Shown: positions 27,756 to 35,927 of the stretch, in pieces | Layout: each line of letters opens with the position of its first letter | Numbering within the stretch: the first letter of the stretch is position 1 | Assembly (NCBI GenBank): GCA_045532655.1 | Contig: JAZSGI010000203.1 | Span: 1,469-65,468, forward strand | DNA: 64,000 nt | Origin: Victivallaceae bacterium | GTDB lineage: Bacteria; Verrucomicrobiota; Lentisphaeria; Victivallales; Victivallaceae | Direction of reading: 5' to 3' | The notes under the pieces: generated by a model | The model's database searches: none | The model's input: the letters and a program-made list of their open reading frames with translations, nothing else | What the model was told of the DNA's origin: nothing | Translations under genes and position numbers: made by a program

Positions 27756-28691
27756 TTATAATATTACGTTTTGCCAGCGGCGGTTGGTGAGAAGTTCAGC
27801 ATCTTTGCCGAGGAAGAATTTCCCGGCTTCCCTGTCGCCTTTCAGCCAATAAGAGAACCATGCGGCAAGATATGGTTGGCTTTCCCACAGGGAATCAACA
27901 TGACCGCTGTTTTTGTCTGATGTGACAGCTATTACTACAGGGATATTGCCGTTTGAACGTATTTCTTTGCGGTTCGCCAGCATGGATTGCAAATTACATA
28001 TGCCGGGTTCTTTGCTGCCGGGCCAATAAACATCCCAGCCGTCGGGTTTGCTGGTGGAGGTCATCATAACAGGGATCCTGATAAGCGATGGTTCGTACGG
28101 ACTTTGCAGAAATGATTCTTCTGCAAGCTGCCTGTTTACACCGCTTATAGCGAAAAGAGCTTTGAAATGTCCGCTGTTTTTGAATTTGGATGCACCATTG
28201 AAGGCTCCTGCACCGCCCTGTGAGTGACCGGCAATACCGGCATTATTCAGGTCGATTTTGTTGAAAAATATACTTTGCGGATCACTGTTGCTTGCGATCA
28301 TGAAATCCAGACATTCAGATGCCCCTTTCCCTTTACCGGACATGGTTTCCTCTGTACCGACTGCAATAAATCCCCATGTGGCAAGATGGCGGAAGATATT
28401 CTGATAAAAAGAAGCCTTGCAGCCGGTTCCGTTACAGAAGATTATCACAGGAAATTTTTCATTTTCCGTCTTCACCATCCGTTCCGGATACCATATTTCG
28501 TATTTCTCCAGATTTCTGTTTGCTGCCGGAGCTTCAAAATAAGCTGCTTTTTCCGGACCGTCGGCAAGGAATTTAAGTTCCACAGGTGCTGAAGTTTTGA
28601 TCCTGTTCTGAAAATCCCCTGAAATCTCACATGCCGTCATGACCAGTGTCATGCAGAATGCCGCCGCAATACAAAATATTCTTTTTCTCAT
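27756..28691 (-). CDS. Secreted alpha/beta hydrolase lipoprotein (chlorophyllase/cutinase-like esterase)
   Basis: Start at M27 of the track ORF (MRKRIFCIAAAFCMTLVMTAC lipobox), preceded by AGGGGGA. Nucleophile elbow GIAGHSQGGAGAF. Confidence 0.7.
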   Translation of the reverse strand: MRKRIFCIAAAFCMTLVMTACEISGDFQNRIKTSAPVELKFLADGPEKAAYFEAPAANRNLEKYEIWYPERMVKTENEKFPVIIFCNGTGCKASFYQNIFRHLATWGFIAVGTEETMSGKGKGASECLDFMIASNSDPQSIFFNKIDLNNAGIAGHSQGGAGAFNGASKFKNSGHFKALFAISGVNRQLAEESFLQSPYEPSLIRIPVMMTSTSKPDGWDVYWPGSKEPGICNLQSMLANRKEIRSNGNIPVVIAVTSDKNSGHVDSLWESQPYLAAWFSYWLKGDREAGKFFLGKDAELLTNRRWQNVIL

Positions 28692-28822
28692 ATTTCCCCC
28701 TTGTTTTGTAGCCGGAATAAATATAATATTAAAAATGGAGCTTTGCAAGAAAAAAATTGCAATTTTCAATTTTTTGTATTATATTAAAAGAAAAACAACA
28801 ATATATTACAGAGGGAAAACAG

Positions 28823-29482
28823 ATGACAGATAATTACGGCGTTATTTCAGCCATCAACGGTTTTACCAAAACATTTATCAATGCAATTATGGCAGGGATC
28901 TTTATCGGTATTGCAGGGACGGTTTTCCTCTCCGTGCCGTCAGCACCGCTAGGGGCGTTTCTCTTTGCTTTCGGATTGCTGACCATTCTCTGTTATCAGT
29001 TCAAACTTTTTACCGGAGCTATAGGTTATCTTGCCAATCAGGGGAAAAAATCCCCCGGTTATCTTATAACCATGCTGGCAATATGGACAGGGAACCTTGC
29101 AGGATGTTTTGCCGTGGGAACACTGGTGCGCTGCAGCCGTATTGCCGGGAATATAGTGCCGAGAGTACAGGGCATGTGCCAGGTCAAACTTGGGGATTCT
29201 TTCGCAAGTTTGCTGATATTATCCTTTTTTTGCGGGATACTTATGTATGTTGCAGTGGAAACTTTCCGCAAAGAAGAGATAAATCCCTTTGCCCGTACGC
29301 TTATGGTTTTTCTCTGTGTGGTGATCTTTATCCTTTCCGGCTTTGAACACAGTATTGCCGGGATGTACTATTTTTCTGCTGCCGGGATGTGGGGCTGGCA
29401 GGCTCTTGCGGCAACAGGTATTATGACTCTTGGCAATGCTCTTGGGGGCATGCTGCTGCCGATGGCGGATAAAATAAGGTGA
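28823..29482 (+). CDS. Formate/nitrite transporter (FNT) family channel, short form
   Basis: 219 aa. FINAIMAGIFIGIAGTVFL, the FNT signature FEHSIAGMYYF, and C-terminal TLGNALGGMLLP. GAGGGA lies upstream of the ATG at 28823. Confidence 0.75.
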   Translation: MTDNYGVISAINGFTKTFINAIMAGIFIGIAGTVFLSVPSAPLGAFLFAFGLLTILCYQFKLFTGAIGYLANQGKKSPGYLITMLAIWTGNLAGCFAVGTLVRCSRIAGNIVPRVQGMCQVKLGDSFASLLILSFFCGILMYVAVETFRKEEINPFARTLMVFLCVVIFILSGFEHSIAGMYYFSAAGMWGWQALAATGIMTLGNALGGMLLPMADKIR

Positions 29483-29485
29483 AAG

Positions 29486-29986
29486 ATGAAAGTTATCAGC
29501 AAACAACACAACAGCCGCATGTGTGTGATTTGCGGTCTTGACAACCCTTTCGGGGTAAAGGCTCCATTTTACAATATGGAGGACGGCAGTGTAATGACGC
29601 TTTTCCGCTATCAGGAACATCATCAGAGCTATCCCGGCAGGGTCCATGGCGGTCTTATTACTGCCATGCTTGACGAAATGGGTTTGCGGGCGGCATGGGC
29701 AAAACATCTGAATGAAGATGATTTCGGAGTGACAACTTCTCTTGATACAAGTTACCGCAAGCCTGTTCCTTACAGTGTTGATTTGCTTGGCAGGGGTGTG
29801 CTTGTCAGAGAGAGTTCCCGATTCAGTATTGTTGAATCAACGATCATGGATTTGGCCGGGCAGGTGCTTGCCAACGGAACTATAAAATATCTGAAACTTG
29901 ATGTCAGCAAAATCGCAGGCAATGCGACTGTGCATGAAGAAATGCCTTATCTTATTGCAGATAATATAACCCAACTGGAGTTTTGA
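29486..29986 (+). CDS. Hotdog-fold (PaaI-like) thioesterase
   Basis: 166 aa. The HGGLITAMLDEMGLRAAW motif is typical of PaaI/4HBT-type thioesterases. The N-terminus carries a CVICG element. Confidence 0.65.
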   Translation: MKVISKQHNSRMCVICGLDNPFGVKAPFYNMEDGSVMTLFRYQEHHQSYPGRVHGGLITAMLDEMGLRAAWAKHLNEDDFGVTTSLDTSYRKPVPYSVDLLGRGVLVRESSRFSIVESTIMDLAGQVLANGTIKYLKLDVSKIAGNATVHEEMPYLIADNITQLEF

Positions 29987-29988
29987 AA

Positions 29989-30477
29989 ATGGCTTTTAAA
30001 TTCAAATGCAAGTATTGTGATCAGCACATTGAAGCCGAGGATTTTATGGTGGGAAATGAATTTTTCTGCCCCTCATGCAATCAGCCGCTGATCGTGCCCG
30101 CCGTTGACCGTATAACTGAATTGGACGAGATCCAGCCTGTACAGGCACCAGGCGGGTATTTCCGCAGTGAAGTTCCGCCTCCGCCGCCGGAGTTGCCGGG
30201 AATGATCCCGCAGATCACCGGAATATACGAGAAACCTTCATGCTTGAACAGAATTATTGCTGTTCTTGCTTGTGTCAATACCGTTCTGCTGCTTGCTGTG
30301 CTGGTGGTTCTCATTATAATGGCATGTGGTTGCGGCAAAAAGAACAAGGGGGATGAGCAGGAGTTTATGCCTGTAGAGAAGGTTGCCGTTGAATCTGCAG
30401 CTGAAAGTGTTCAGGCTCAGCCGGTCGACGTTCCTGTCAATACTGCTCCCCGCCGGACAAAAAGCAGCCGCCGTTAA
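29989..30477 (+). CDS. Zinc-ribbon membrane protein, function unknown
   Basis: N-terminal CxxC...CxxC ribbon (FKCKYCDQHIEAEDFMVGNEFFCPSCNQPLIVP), a Pro-rich linker, one TM helix (IIAVLACVNTVLLLAVLVVLIIMA), and a charged tail. GGAG lies 8 nt upstream of the ATG at 29989. Confidence 0.55.
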   Translation: MAFKFKCKYCDQHIEAEDFMVGNEFFCPSCNQPLIVPAVDRITELDEIQPVQAPGGYFRSEVPPPPPELPGMIPQITGIYEKPSCLNRIIAVLACVNTVLLLAVLVVLIIMACGCGKKNKGDEQEFMPVEKVAVESAAESVQAQPVDVPVNTAPRRTKSSRR

Positions 30478-30491
30478 AATCATGATGCAGT

Positions 30492-30536
30492 AAGGCGGAG
30501 GAAAAACTTTTCAACAAGTTCACCCCCGCCTTTTTT
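30492..30536 (+). terminator. Rho-independent terminator
   Basis: AAGGCGGAGG (30492-30501) pairs with CCCCCGCCTT (30523-30532), a 10-bp stem with one mismatch. It runs into TTTTTT. Confidence 0.5.
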
Positions 30537-30555
30537 GGGGGGCTATGCCCCCTTC

Positions 30556-31314
30556 TTATTTACTTGCGCCACTGCATGGGAGCCATTCCGCCCAAAGCAG
30601 TGTTGCATCGGTGTTGATTTTGTAAAAATTGCCTCTGGGAACGAAAATCATTGCCTGCAGACTGCTTATTCCCAAACATTGCTGGGTGTCTCCAACAGCA
30701 TTATTTTCGTTACCATCTTTCCAAGTGATGATTTCAAGATACTGCCCTGCGGTTGAAGCATTGACATGCGCCGAGAGCCAGCCGTCTGTCAGTGCTTGCG
30801 CCGTGGTGTTTACCGCGGTGATCTGCGTACCGGAATGATAGCCGCACCACCCCAAAGCAATATTCTTTCCTGTGTCAGAAACATTATCCAAATGTGTATC
30901 TGCCGGATTAGGACAAACCGGAATAAACACGCCCCCGATTTCAATACCATCAGCTCCGGTCTCCGGTGCGGCTTCCGGTATATCAACGGTCGTATCTTCA
31001 GGAGTAACAACATCGTCACCACCATCATCACCACTATCACTGCCCCCGCCGGGATAAACAGCAACATTGGGTTCTTTACCCACAATGCCATTTATTCCGA
31101 TCTGATATTTGCCGAGGGGCGAACCTGTTGAAGGTGCTACATAATGCGCCATTGTGCCGGGAAATCCGACATACATGCAATAAATACCGTCACTTGATGC
31201 CGTGATATAGGTTGTGCCGTTTTCATTAGCATAATAGGGATGCCCGTTAGCTGTTCCGGCTTCTCTGAATATACCTGAAAATGGTGTATCGGCACTGGTT
31301 GAATATAAATCCAT
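30556..31314 (-). CDS. Hypothetical protein, paralog A of a tandem pair (tail-fibre-associated?)
   Basis: 252 aa with no signal peptide. It shares with paralog B an acidic Gly/Asp linker and a C-terminal module: FIPVCPNP-DTHL--VSDTGKNIALGW...QALTDGWLSAHV...GQYLE...FVPRG-FYK...WLPC-GAS. The RBS GGGGGA precedes the start. Confidence 0.6.
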   Translation of the reverse strand: MDLYSTSADTPFSGIFREAGTANGHPYYANENGTTYITASSDGIYCMYVGFPGTMAHYVAPSTGSPLGKYQIGINGIVGKEPNVAVYPGGGSDSGDDGGDDVVTPEDTTVDIPEAAPETGADGIEIGGVFIPVCPNPADTHLDNVSDTGKNIALGWCGYHSGTQITAVNTTAQALTDGWLSAHVNASTAGQYLEIITWKDGNENNAVGDTQQCLGISSLQAMIFVPRGNFYKINTDATLLWAEWLPCSGASK

Positions 31315-31326
31315 CTTGTTTCCCCC

Positions 31327-32088
31327 TTATTCACTTGCCCCATTGCACGGCAGCCACAGTGTTTTAACAAGAGTGGCATTGCTTCGCACTTTGTAAAACA
31401 TCCCTCTGGGTACAAACATCATTGCCCGGAGATCACCGCTTGAATATGAATATCTGGTATTGCCGTAACGATGTTCGGAATCATTGTCACCACGATAAAC
31501 CAGTAATTCAAGATATTGTCCTCCAGCAGTCGCTGTTACATGTGCCGAGAGCCAACCGTCTGTCAGTGCCTGAAATTGCACATCAAGTCCGGTTATATCC
31601 ACTCCGTCACCAAAACCGAGCCATCCCAGCGCAATATTCTTCCCTGTATCAGAAACTTTGCTCAAATGGGTATCGACAGGGTTTGGACAAACCGGAATAA
31701 ACATATTTCCGACCTTAAGGCCTTTTTCGCCAACTTCGGGAGTTGAATCCGGCACAATAATGGTCGTATCTTCGGGGTCAACGACACCGCCGCCGGAAGT
31801 GTCCTCTGTGTATTCCGTAACTGTCGGGCCGGGAATGGTTGAAGTAGCCTGCCCCCATGAACCGGCTATATCGTCTGCACTAGAGTTTGAGAACATCCAC
31901 AAGGGTGGAGTCCCGCCCAGCGGTGTCCCCAAATAGTGCACATACATGCCGGGAGTAGTTTGCATCGTCCAAATATAATATTCACGGCTCTCGTGCTTGT
32001 ATGCAGGGAAGCCATTGTATGCCCCGCTCTCACGGTAAATACCAGCCGCCTCATGAACGGCAGTAAAAGTAACCTTATAACTTGCCAT
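31327..32088 (-). CDS. Hypothetical protein, paralog B of a tandem pair
   Basis: 253 aa. See paralog A. The RBS GGAGG lies inside the 3-prime end of the collagen-like gene, and there are 2 nt between that gene's stop and this start. Confidence 0.6.
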   Translation of the reverse strand: MASYKVTFTAVHEAAGIYRESGAYNGFPAYKHESREYYIWTMQTTPGMYVHYLGTPLGGTPPLWMFSNSSADDIAGSWGQATSTIPGPTVTEYTEDTSGGGVVDPEDTTIIVPDSTPEVGEKGLKVGNMFIPVCPNPVDTHLSKVSDTGKNIALGWLGFGDGVDITGLDVQFQALTDGWLSAHVTATAGGQYLELLVYRGDNDSEHRYGNTRYSYSSGDLRAMMFVPRGMFYKVRSNATLVKTLWLPCNGASE

Positions 32089-32090
32089 AA

Positions 32091-33314
32091 TTACGCCTCC
32101 GTCTTATCGTACTTCAAAGCATAACTCATTCCGTCAGCTCCGGTAACAGTGGCAGTCTTTGATGTTGTATCAACCGCCGTAACGGTGCAGAACTGCACAT
32201 CAACAGAACCGCCGCCGGAGGTTGTACCCCCTTGCGGAATACCGAAAGCAAAGCTGAAAACCTTTGCCGTGTTTTCTCCGGAAGTTGTGACTGACACTGT
32301 GGGAGAAGCTCCTGCCGGAAGTGTTGTTACTGCTGCAGTTGGTATGCCGAACCCGGCAGGTGTTCCATCCGCACCGTCCGCTCCGGTATCGCCTTTTTCA
32401 CCTTTAAGCGACGCAAGCCATTCGAGGCAGGAACCGGCGTATCCATTATTGACAGCTACTTCGTAAGCATCGGCGCCATCCTTGCCTTTTTCGCCTTTGT
32501 CGCCTTTTTCGCCGGGAATGCCGGGAACTCCGGTATCTCCTCTGTCGCCCTTTTCGCCTGTTGCACCTGTATCGCCTTTGTCGCCTTTTTCCCCTTTTGT
32601 TCCTGTTGCACCAGTTGCACCTGGTTCTCCTGTATCACCTTTGTCGCCTTTACTGCCTTTTTCGCCCAGGGCACTGATGCCGGTATCTTTATTGCCGATA
32701 AACCAGTTGCCGGAAAGAGGATCAATCTGTGGAGTTTCTCCGTGAGGCAAAGTCAGCCAATCGCTCCAGACACCGTCTTCCGCCATTCTGATACGGAAAC
32801 TTCTGTGGTCAGGGCTTTGTTCAGTTTTCAGTCCGGCACGGAACATAGCCTTAACTTGAGTCATGGAAACATTGTCTGCGGCAAGTGGAAGTTCAGCTCC
32901 GCCGTGATAATCTGCAACAGCATGTGCGGTAACAGGAATCCGGAAACGCCATATACATTTGCCGTCAGCATCCATGCCGTATATTTCCAGAATCGTTTCC
33001 AGTTCATAATTACGGCTCATGGAAACTGCTTTCCGGAACGATGCTGTTGTACATTCCACACGGCACGAAATTATTCCGTTCCTGGTTTGGGAACGGTCAA
33101 ATTTATCATCAGTGATCCTGACAAGCGGCGGTCGGGAAGAATTGACAAATTCAGCAACGGCTCCACGCCATGCTGCAGCATCGGAGAGGTCGCAGAAATT
33201 TTCTGTTTCTGCAAAAACATGTATATCCAGATCAATACAATCCCCGCACCCCAGCCGCAACGGAGTGGCGGTAAAATCCTCCGATCCCCACGAAACAGTG
33301 ACTTGTTTTTTCAT
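32091..33314 (-). CDS. Collagen triple-helix repeat protein, phage tail-fibre-like
   Basis: 407 aa from the ATG at 33314 (AAGGAG 7 nt upstream). It has 21 uninterrupted G-X-Y triplets (GEKGSKGDKGDTGEPGATG...), a second short run, and the phage-fibre-style junctions SGNWFIGNKDTGISALGEKG and AYEVAVNNGYAGSCLEWLASLKGEKGDTG. Confidence 0.8.
   Translation of the reverse strand: MKKQVTVSWGSEDFTATPLRLGCGDCIDLDIHVFAETENFCDLSDAAAWRGAVAEFVNSSRPPLVRITDDKFDRSQTRNGIISCRVECTTASFRKAVSMSRNYELETILEIYGMDADGKCIWRFRIPVTAHAVADYHGGAELPLAADNVSMTQVKAMFRAGLKTEQSPDHRSFRIRMAEDGVWSDWLTLPHGETPQIDPLSGNWFIGNKDTGISALGEKGSKGDKGDTGEPGATGATGTKGEKGDKGDTGATGEKGDRGDTGVPGIPGEKGDKGEKGKDGADAYEVAVNNGYAGSCLEWLASLKGEKGDTGADGADGTPAGFGIPTAAVTTLPAGASPTVSVTTSGENTAKVFSFAFGIPQGGTTSGGGSVDVQFCTVTAVDTTSKTATVTGADGMSYALKYDKTEA
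32475..32666 (-). repeat. Imperfect 9-nt periodic coding repeat (G-X-Y collagen run)
   Basis: The DNA reads as reiterated ggcgacaaaggc / ggcgaaaaaggc-type units on the coding strand, encoding residues G230-G293 of the track ORF. Confidence 0.8.
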
Positions 33315-33379
33315 ATTTTGCTCCTTGTGAAAATAAACCAGGGCAAAAATCAACTGTCGTTTGGGGGAACGGAATATCT

Positions 33380-33808
33380 TTAATGCAAAAGAGTTAGGAG
33401 TTCAGGGGCTATTTCCTGCATTGGCTGCAGTACAAACTCTCTGCAATATGCTCTCGGGTGGGGTATTATAAGTTCAGGCATGGAGATTTTTTCTTCTCCC
33501 AGCAGAATAATATCAATATCCAGGGGGCGTGCCTGATCACTGCGGTGGACATCCGGTCTGCCGAAGTGCCGTTCTATACTTTGGGTGAGGTGCAACAACT
33601 CCATGGGGGCGCCACCCCATTTACCGCGGGCGGCGGCATTGTAAAAATCAGGTGTTCCCGGAACACAATTTACCGGAGCTGTTTTTATGACAGAGGAAAA
33701 CTTTTCCTGTTCCCAGCCAGCGGATACCAAAAGAGCCAATGCCCCCTGGAAAATTTCCGGGGCATTGGCTTCATTACTGCCAAAGGCAAGGATACATGTT
33801 TTTTTCAT
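33380..33808 (-). CDS. folK: 2-amino-4-hydroxy-6-hydroxymethyldihydropteridine pyrophosphokinase (HPPK)
   Basis: 142 aa. ILAFGSN, RPLDIDIILLGEE and LIIPHPRAYCREFVLQPMQEIAP are classic HPPK motifs. Its start overlaps the hisD stop (ATGA). Confidence 0.85.
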   Translation of the reverse strand: MKKTCILAFGSNEANAPEIFQGALALLVSAGWEQEKFSSVIKTAPVNCVPGTPDFYNAAARGKWGGAPMELLHLTQSIERHFGRPDVHRSDQARPLDIDIILLGEEKISMPELIIPHPRAYCREFVLQPMQEIAPELLTLLH

Positions 33809-35094
33809 GAGCGGGACATTGCGCTTCTGCCGTGGGCATCCAGACCTTCCATGGCGGCAAAACGTGCGGCAATGGGGCCTTCACGTCTGATCGCGTCCCT
33901 GCTGTACATCACCAGACTTGAACGGCGGAAAAAACTGTCCACCGAAAGTCCGGCGAAGAATTTGGCACTGCCTGCTGTCGGCAGTACATGGCTGGGACCT
34001 GCACAGAAATCGCCAATGGGTTCAGGTGTGTAAGGCCCGATGAATATTGCACCGGCAGCTGTTACCCTGCCTGCCGCCTCCAGGGGATCGGCAACACACA
34101 TTTCCAAATGTTCCGGAGCGTATCTTCCTGCCAGTTCAATGGCTTCATCCCGTGAAGAGGCGAGAATCAGAAATACGCCTTTTTCCAGAACTCTGTCCAC
34201 AGTTTCTATGCGGGAAAGTTCTTTTTTCTGGCGGAGTATTTCCTTTTCCACATTGTCAAGCAGTTCTGCCGATGTGGAAACAATGACCGCCTGTTCCAAG
34301 CCTGAACCGTGCTCTGCCTGCGAAAGCATATCGGCAGCAAGACAGGCAGGATCGTTATCGGCATCGGCAACTATCATGATCTCCGACGGTCCCGCCACCA
34401 TATCGATGGCAACTTCGCCGTAAAGGAGCTTTTTGGCACAGGTGACATAAGCGTTGCCGGGACCGGCGATTTTTTCAACTTTCTTTATGGTTTCTGTACC
34501 GCAGGCGAGGGCGGCTACACCATAAACACCGCCGAGACGGTATGCTTCGGTAACGCCGCATGCCTGCATGGCATAAAGAACTTCAGGATGGATGGGAGCA
34601 CCGTTGCGGCCGGGGGGAGTGACTGCCACAATTTCTTTTACTCCGGCGGCAGCGGCAATACCTGCTGTATGGATGACCGTTGAAACCAGAGGAGCAGTTC
34701 CGCCGGGGATGTAAACACCGACACGGTCAAGGGGCCGGAACTGTTCGCCCAGAGAGACTCCGTCACGCATGGGTTCAAACCAGTTTTCCGGGAGTTTTTT
34801 CCGTGCAAAAGCCTGCACATTGGCAAGTGCCGCATTGATCGCAGCGGCATCTTCCGGTGCTATCTTTGCTGCAGCTTCTTTGAACTCTGCTTCGGTAATG
34901 CGTATGGATTCTTCTGTAATGACTGCCTTGTCAAACTCCATGGCGCATTGTACAAGAGCCTTGTTGCCTCCTGTACGGACACGATTGATAATGGCGGCAA
35001 CATTTTCCTCGATTTCCCTCATTGACCCGGTGCGGTGCTGCAGTGCTGCAAAATCATTTTCAAAGTTTTTATCTGCAGTATCAAGTCTGATCAT
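33805..35094 (-). CDS. hisD: Histidinol dehydrogenase
   Basis: 429 aa. Typical HisD length and motifs (VGVYIPGGTAPLVSTVIHTAGIAAAAGV, AGPSEIMIVADA, SQAEHG, GDFCAGPSHVLPT). Confidence 0.92.
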   Translation of the reverse strand: MIRLDTADKNFENDFAALQHRTGSMREIEENVAAIINRVRTGGNKALVQCAMEFDKAVITEESIRITEAEFKEAAAKIAPEDAAAINAALANVQAFARKKLPENWFEPMRDGVSLGEQFRPLDRVGVYIPGGTAPLVSTVIHTAGIAAAAGVKEIVAVTPPGRNGAPIHPEVLYAMQACGVTEAYRLGGVYGVAALACGTETIKKVEKIAGPGNAYVTCAKKLLYGEVAIDMVAGPSEIMIVADADNDPACLAADMLSQAEHGSGLEQAVIVSTSAELLDNVEKEILRQKKELSRIETVDRVLEKGVFLILASSRDEAIELAGRYAPEHLEMCVADPLEAAGRVTAAGAIFIGPYTPEPIGDFCAGPSHVLPTAGSAKFFAGLSVDSFFRRSSLVMYSRDAIRREGPIAARFAAMEGLDAHGRSAMSRS

Positions 35095-35927
35095 TTGAAC
35101 CTCACAATCGTATTATCAATAAGGCGTGTTGAACCGTAATAAACAGCTGCCGCAGCAAGTATCTCTGTGGTTTCGGCAGTGGGAGCTTCCAGGGTCTCTG
35201 TGTCAACGATCTCGAAATAATCGATTCTGCCCCCGGCATCAGTTATTGATTTTTTCCCTGCTTCCACCCTTGCGGCGATTTCTTCCAGCGGACATTCTTC
35301 CAAAGCAAGGATTGCCCGGGAAAGGGAACGTGCACTGATCCTTTCCTCTGCGCTCAGGTATTTATTGCGGGATGAAAGGGCAACATTGTCACTGTCCCGA
35401 ATCAGGGGTGCAGTGATGATCTCTATGCCGTAGTTGAGATCTCTGACCATACGCCGTATTATCAGCGCCTGCTGTGCATCTTTCTGTCCGAAAACCGCCA
35501 CATCCGGCAGGGCAATGTTGAAAAGTTTGGCGACCACCGTGCATACACCACGGAAATGTATCGGCCGTGACAGTCCGCACAGATGGTTGGAAAGAGTCTC
35601 TTCCACCACCCATACGCTGCTGTCCGGGTGGTACATACTTTCCGGCACAGGAGCAAAGATTGCGGCAGCTCCGTGAGCTTCGCATCCTCTGCAGTCCGCT
35701 TCAAAGGTACGGGGATATTTGGCAAGATCTTCAGTCGGACCGAATTGTGTGGGGTTGACAAAAATACTGACAATAACCACATCGGCATGCTGAGAAGCAA
35801 TATCAATAAGGGAGAAGTGACCGTCATGCAGACAGCCCATGGTGGGTACCAGGGCTATTTTCAAGCCCTCTTTTCTGCACTGGCGGCTGAATGAGGTAAC
35901 TTCTGCCGGCTGGGTAAAAATTTTCAT
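35091..35927 (-). CDS. panC: Pantoate--beta-alanine ligase
   Basis: 278 aa. VPTMGCLHDGHFSLI, VSIFVNPTQFGP and FGQKDAQQ. Confidence 0.92.
   Translation of the reverse strand: MKIFTQPAEVTSFSRQCRKEGLKIALVPTMGCLHDGHFSLIDIASQHADVVIVSIFVNPTQFGPTEDLAKYPRTFEADCRGCEAHGAAAIFAPVPESMYHPDSSVWVVEETLSNHLCGLSRPIHFRGVCTVVAKLFNIALPDVAVFGQKDAQQALIIRRMVRDLNYGIEIITAPLIRDSDNVALSSRNKYLSAEERISARSLSRAILALEECPLEEIAARVEAGKKSITDAGGRIDYFEIVDTETLEAPTAETTEILAAAAVYYGSTRLIDNTIVRFK

Noticed and set aside
22666-29482. Reading the GRE plus the downstream FNT channel as a classical pyruvate formate-lyase/FocA system
   Set aside because: The GRE has a single catalytic Cys followed by Glu at +2 (ACWE), not the PFL Cys-Cys pair. 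It is about 75 aa shorter than PFL. The FNT gene is not adjacent, since a symporter, an esterase, a terminator and a convergent gene intervene.
30556-33314. Calling the collagen-like trio (with or without the TerS-like gene at 7064) a prophage or mobile element
   Set aside because: No integrase, capsid, portal, tail-tube, lysis genes, flanking direct repeats or tRNA target were seen. The trio is contiguous with a housekeeping operon. The TerS-like gene is 23 kb away, among unrelated genes.
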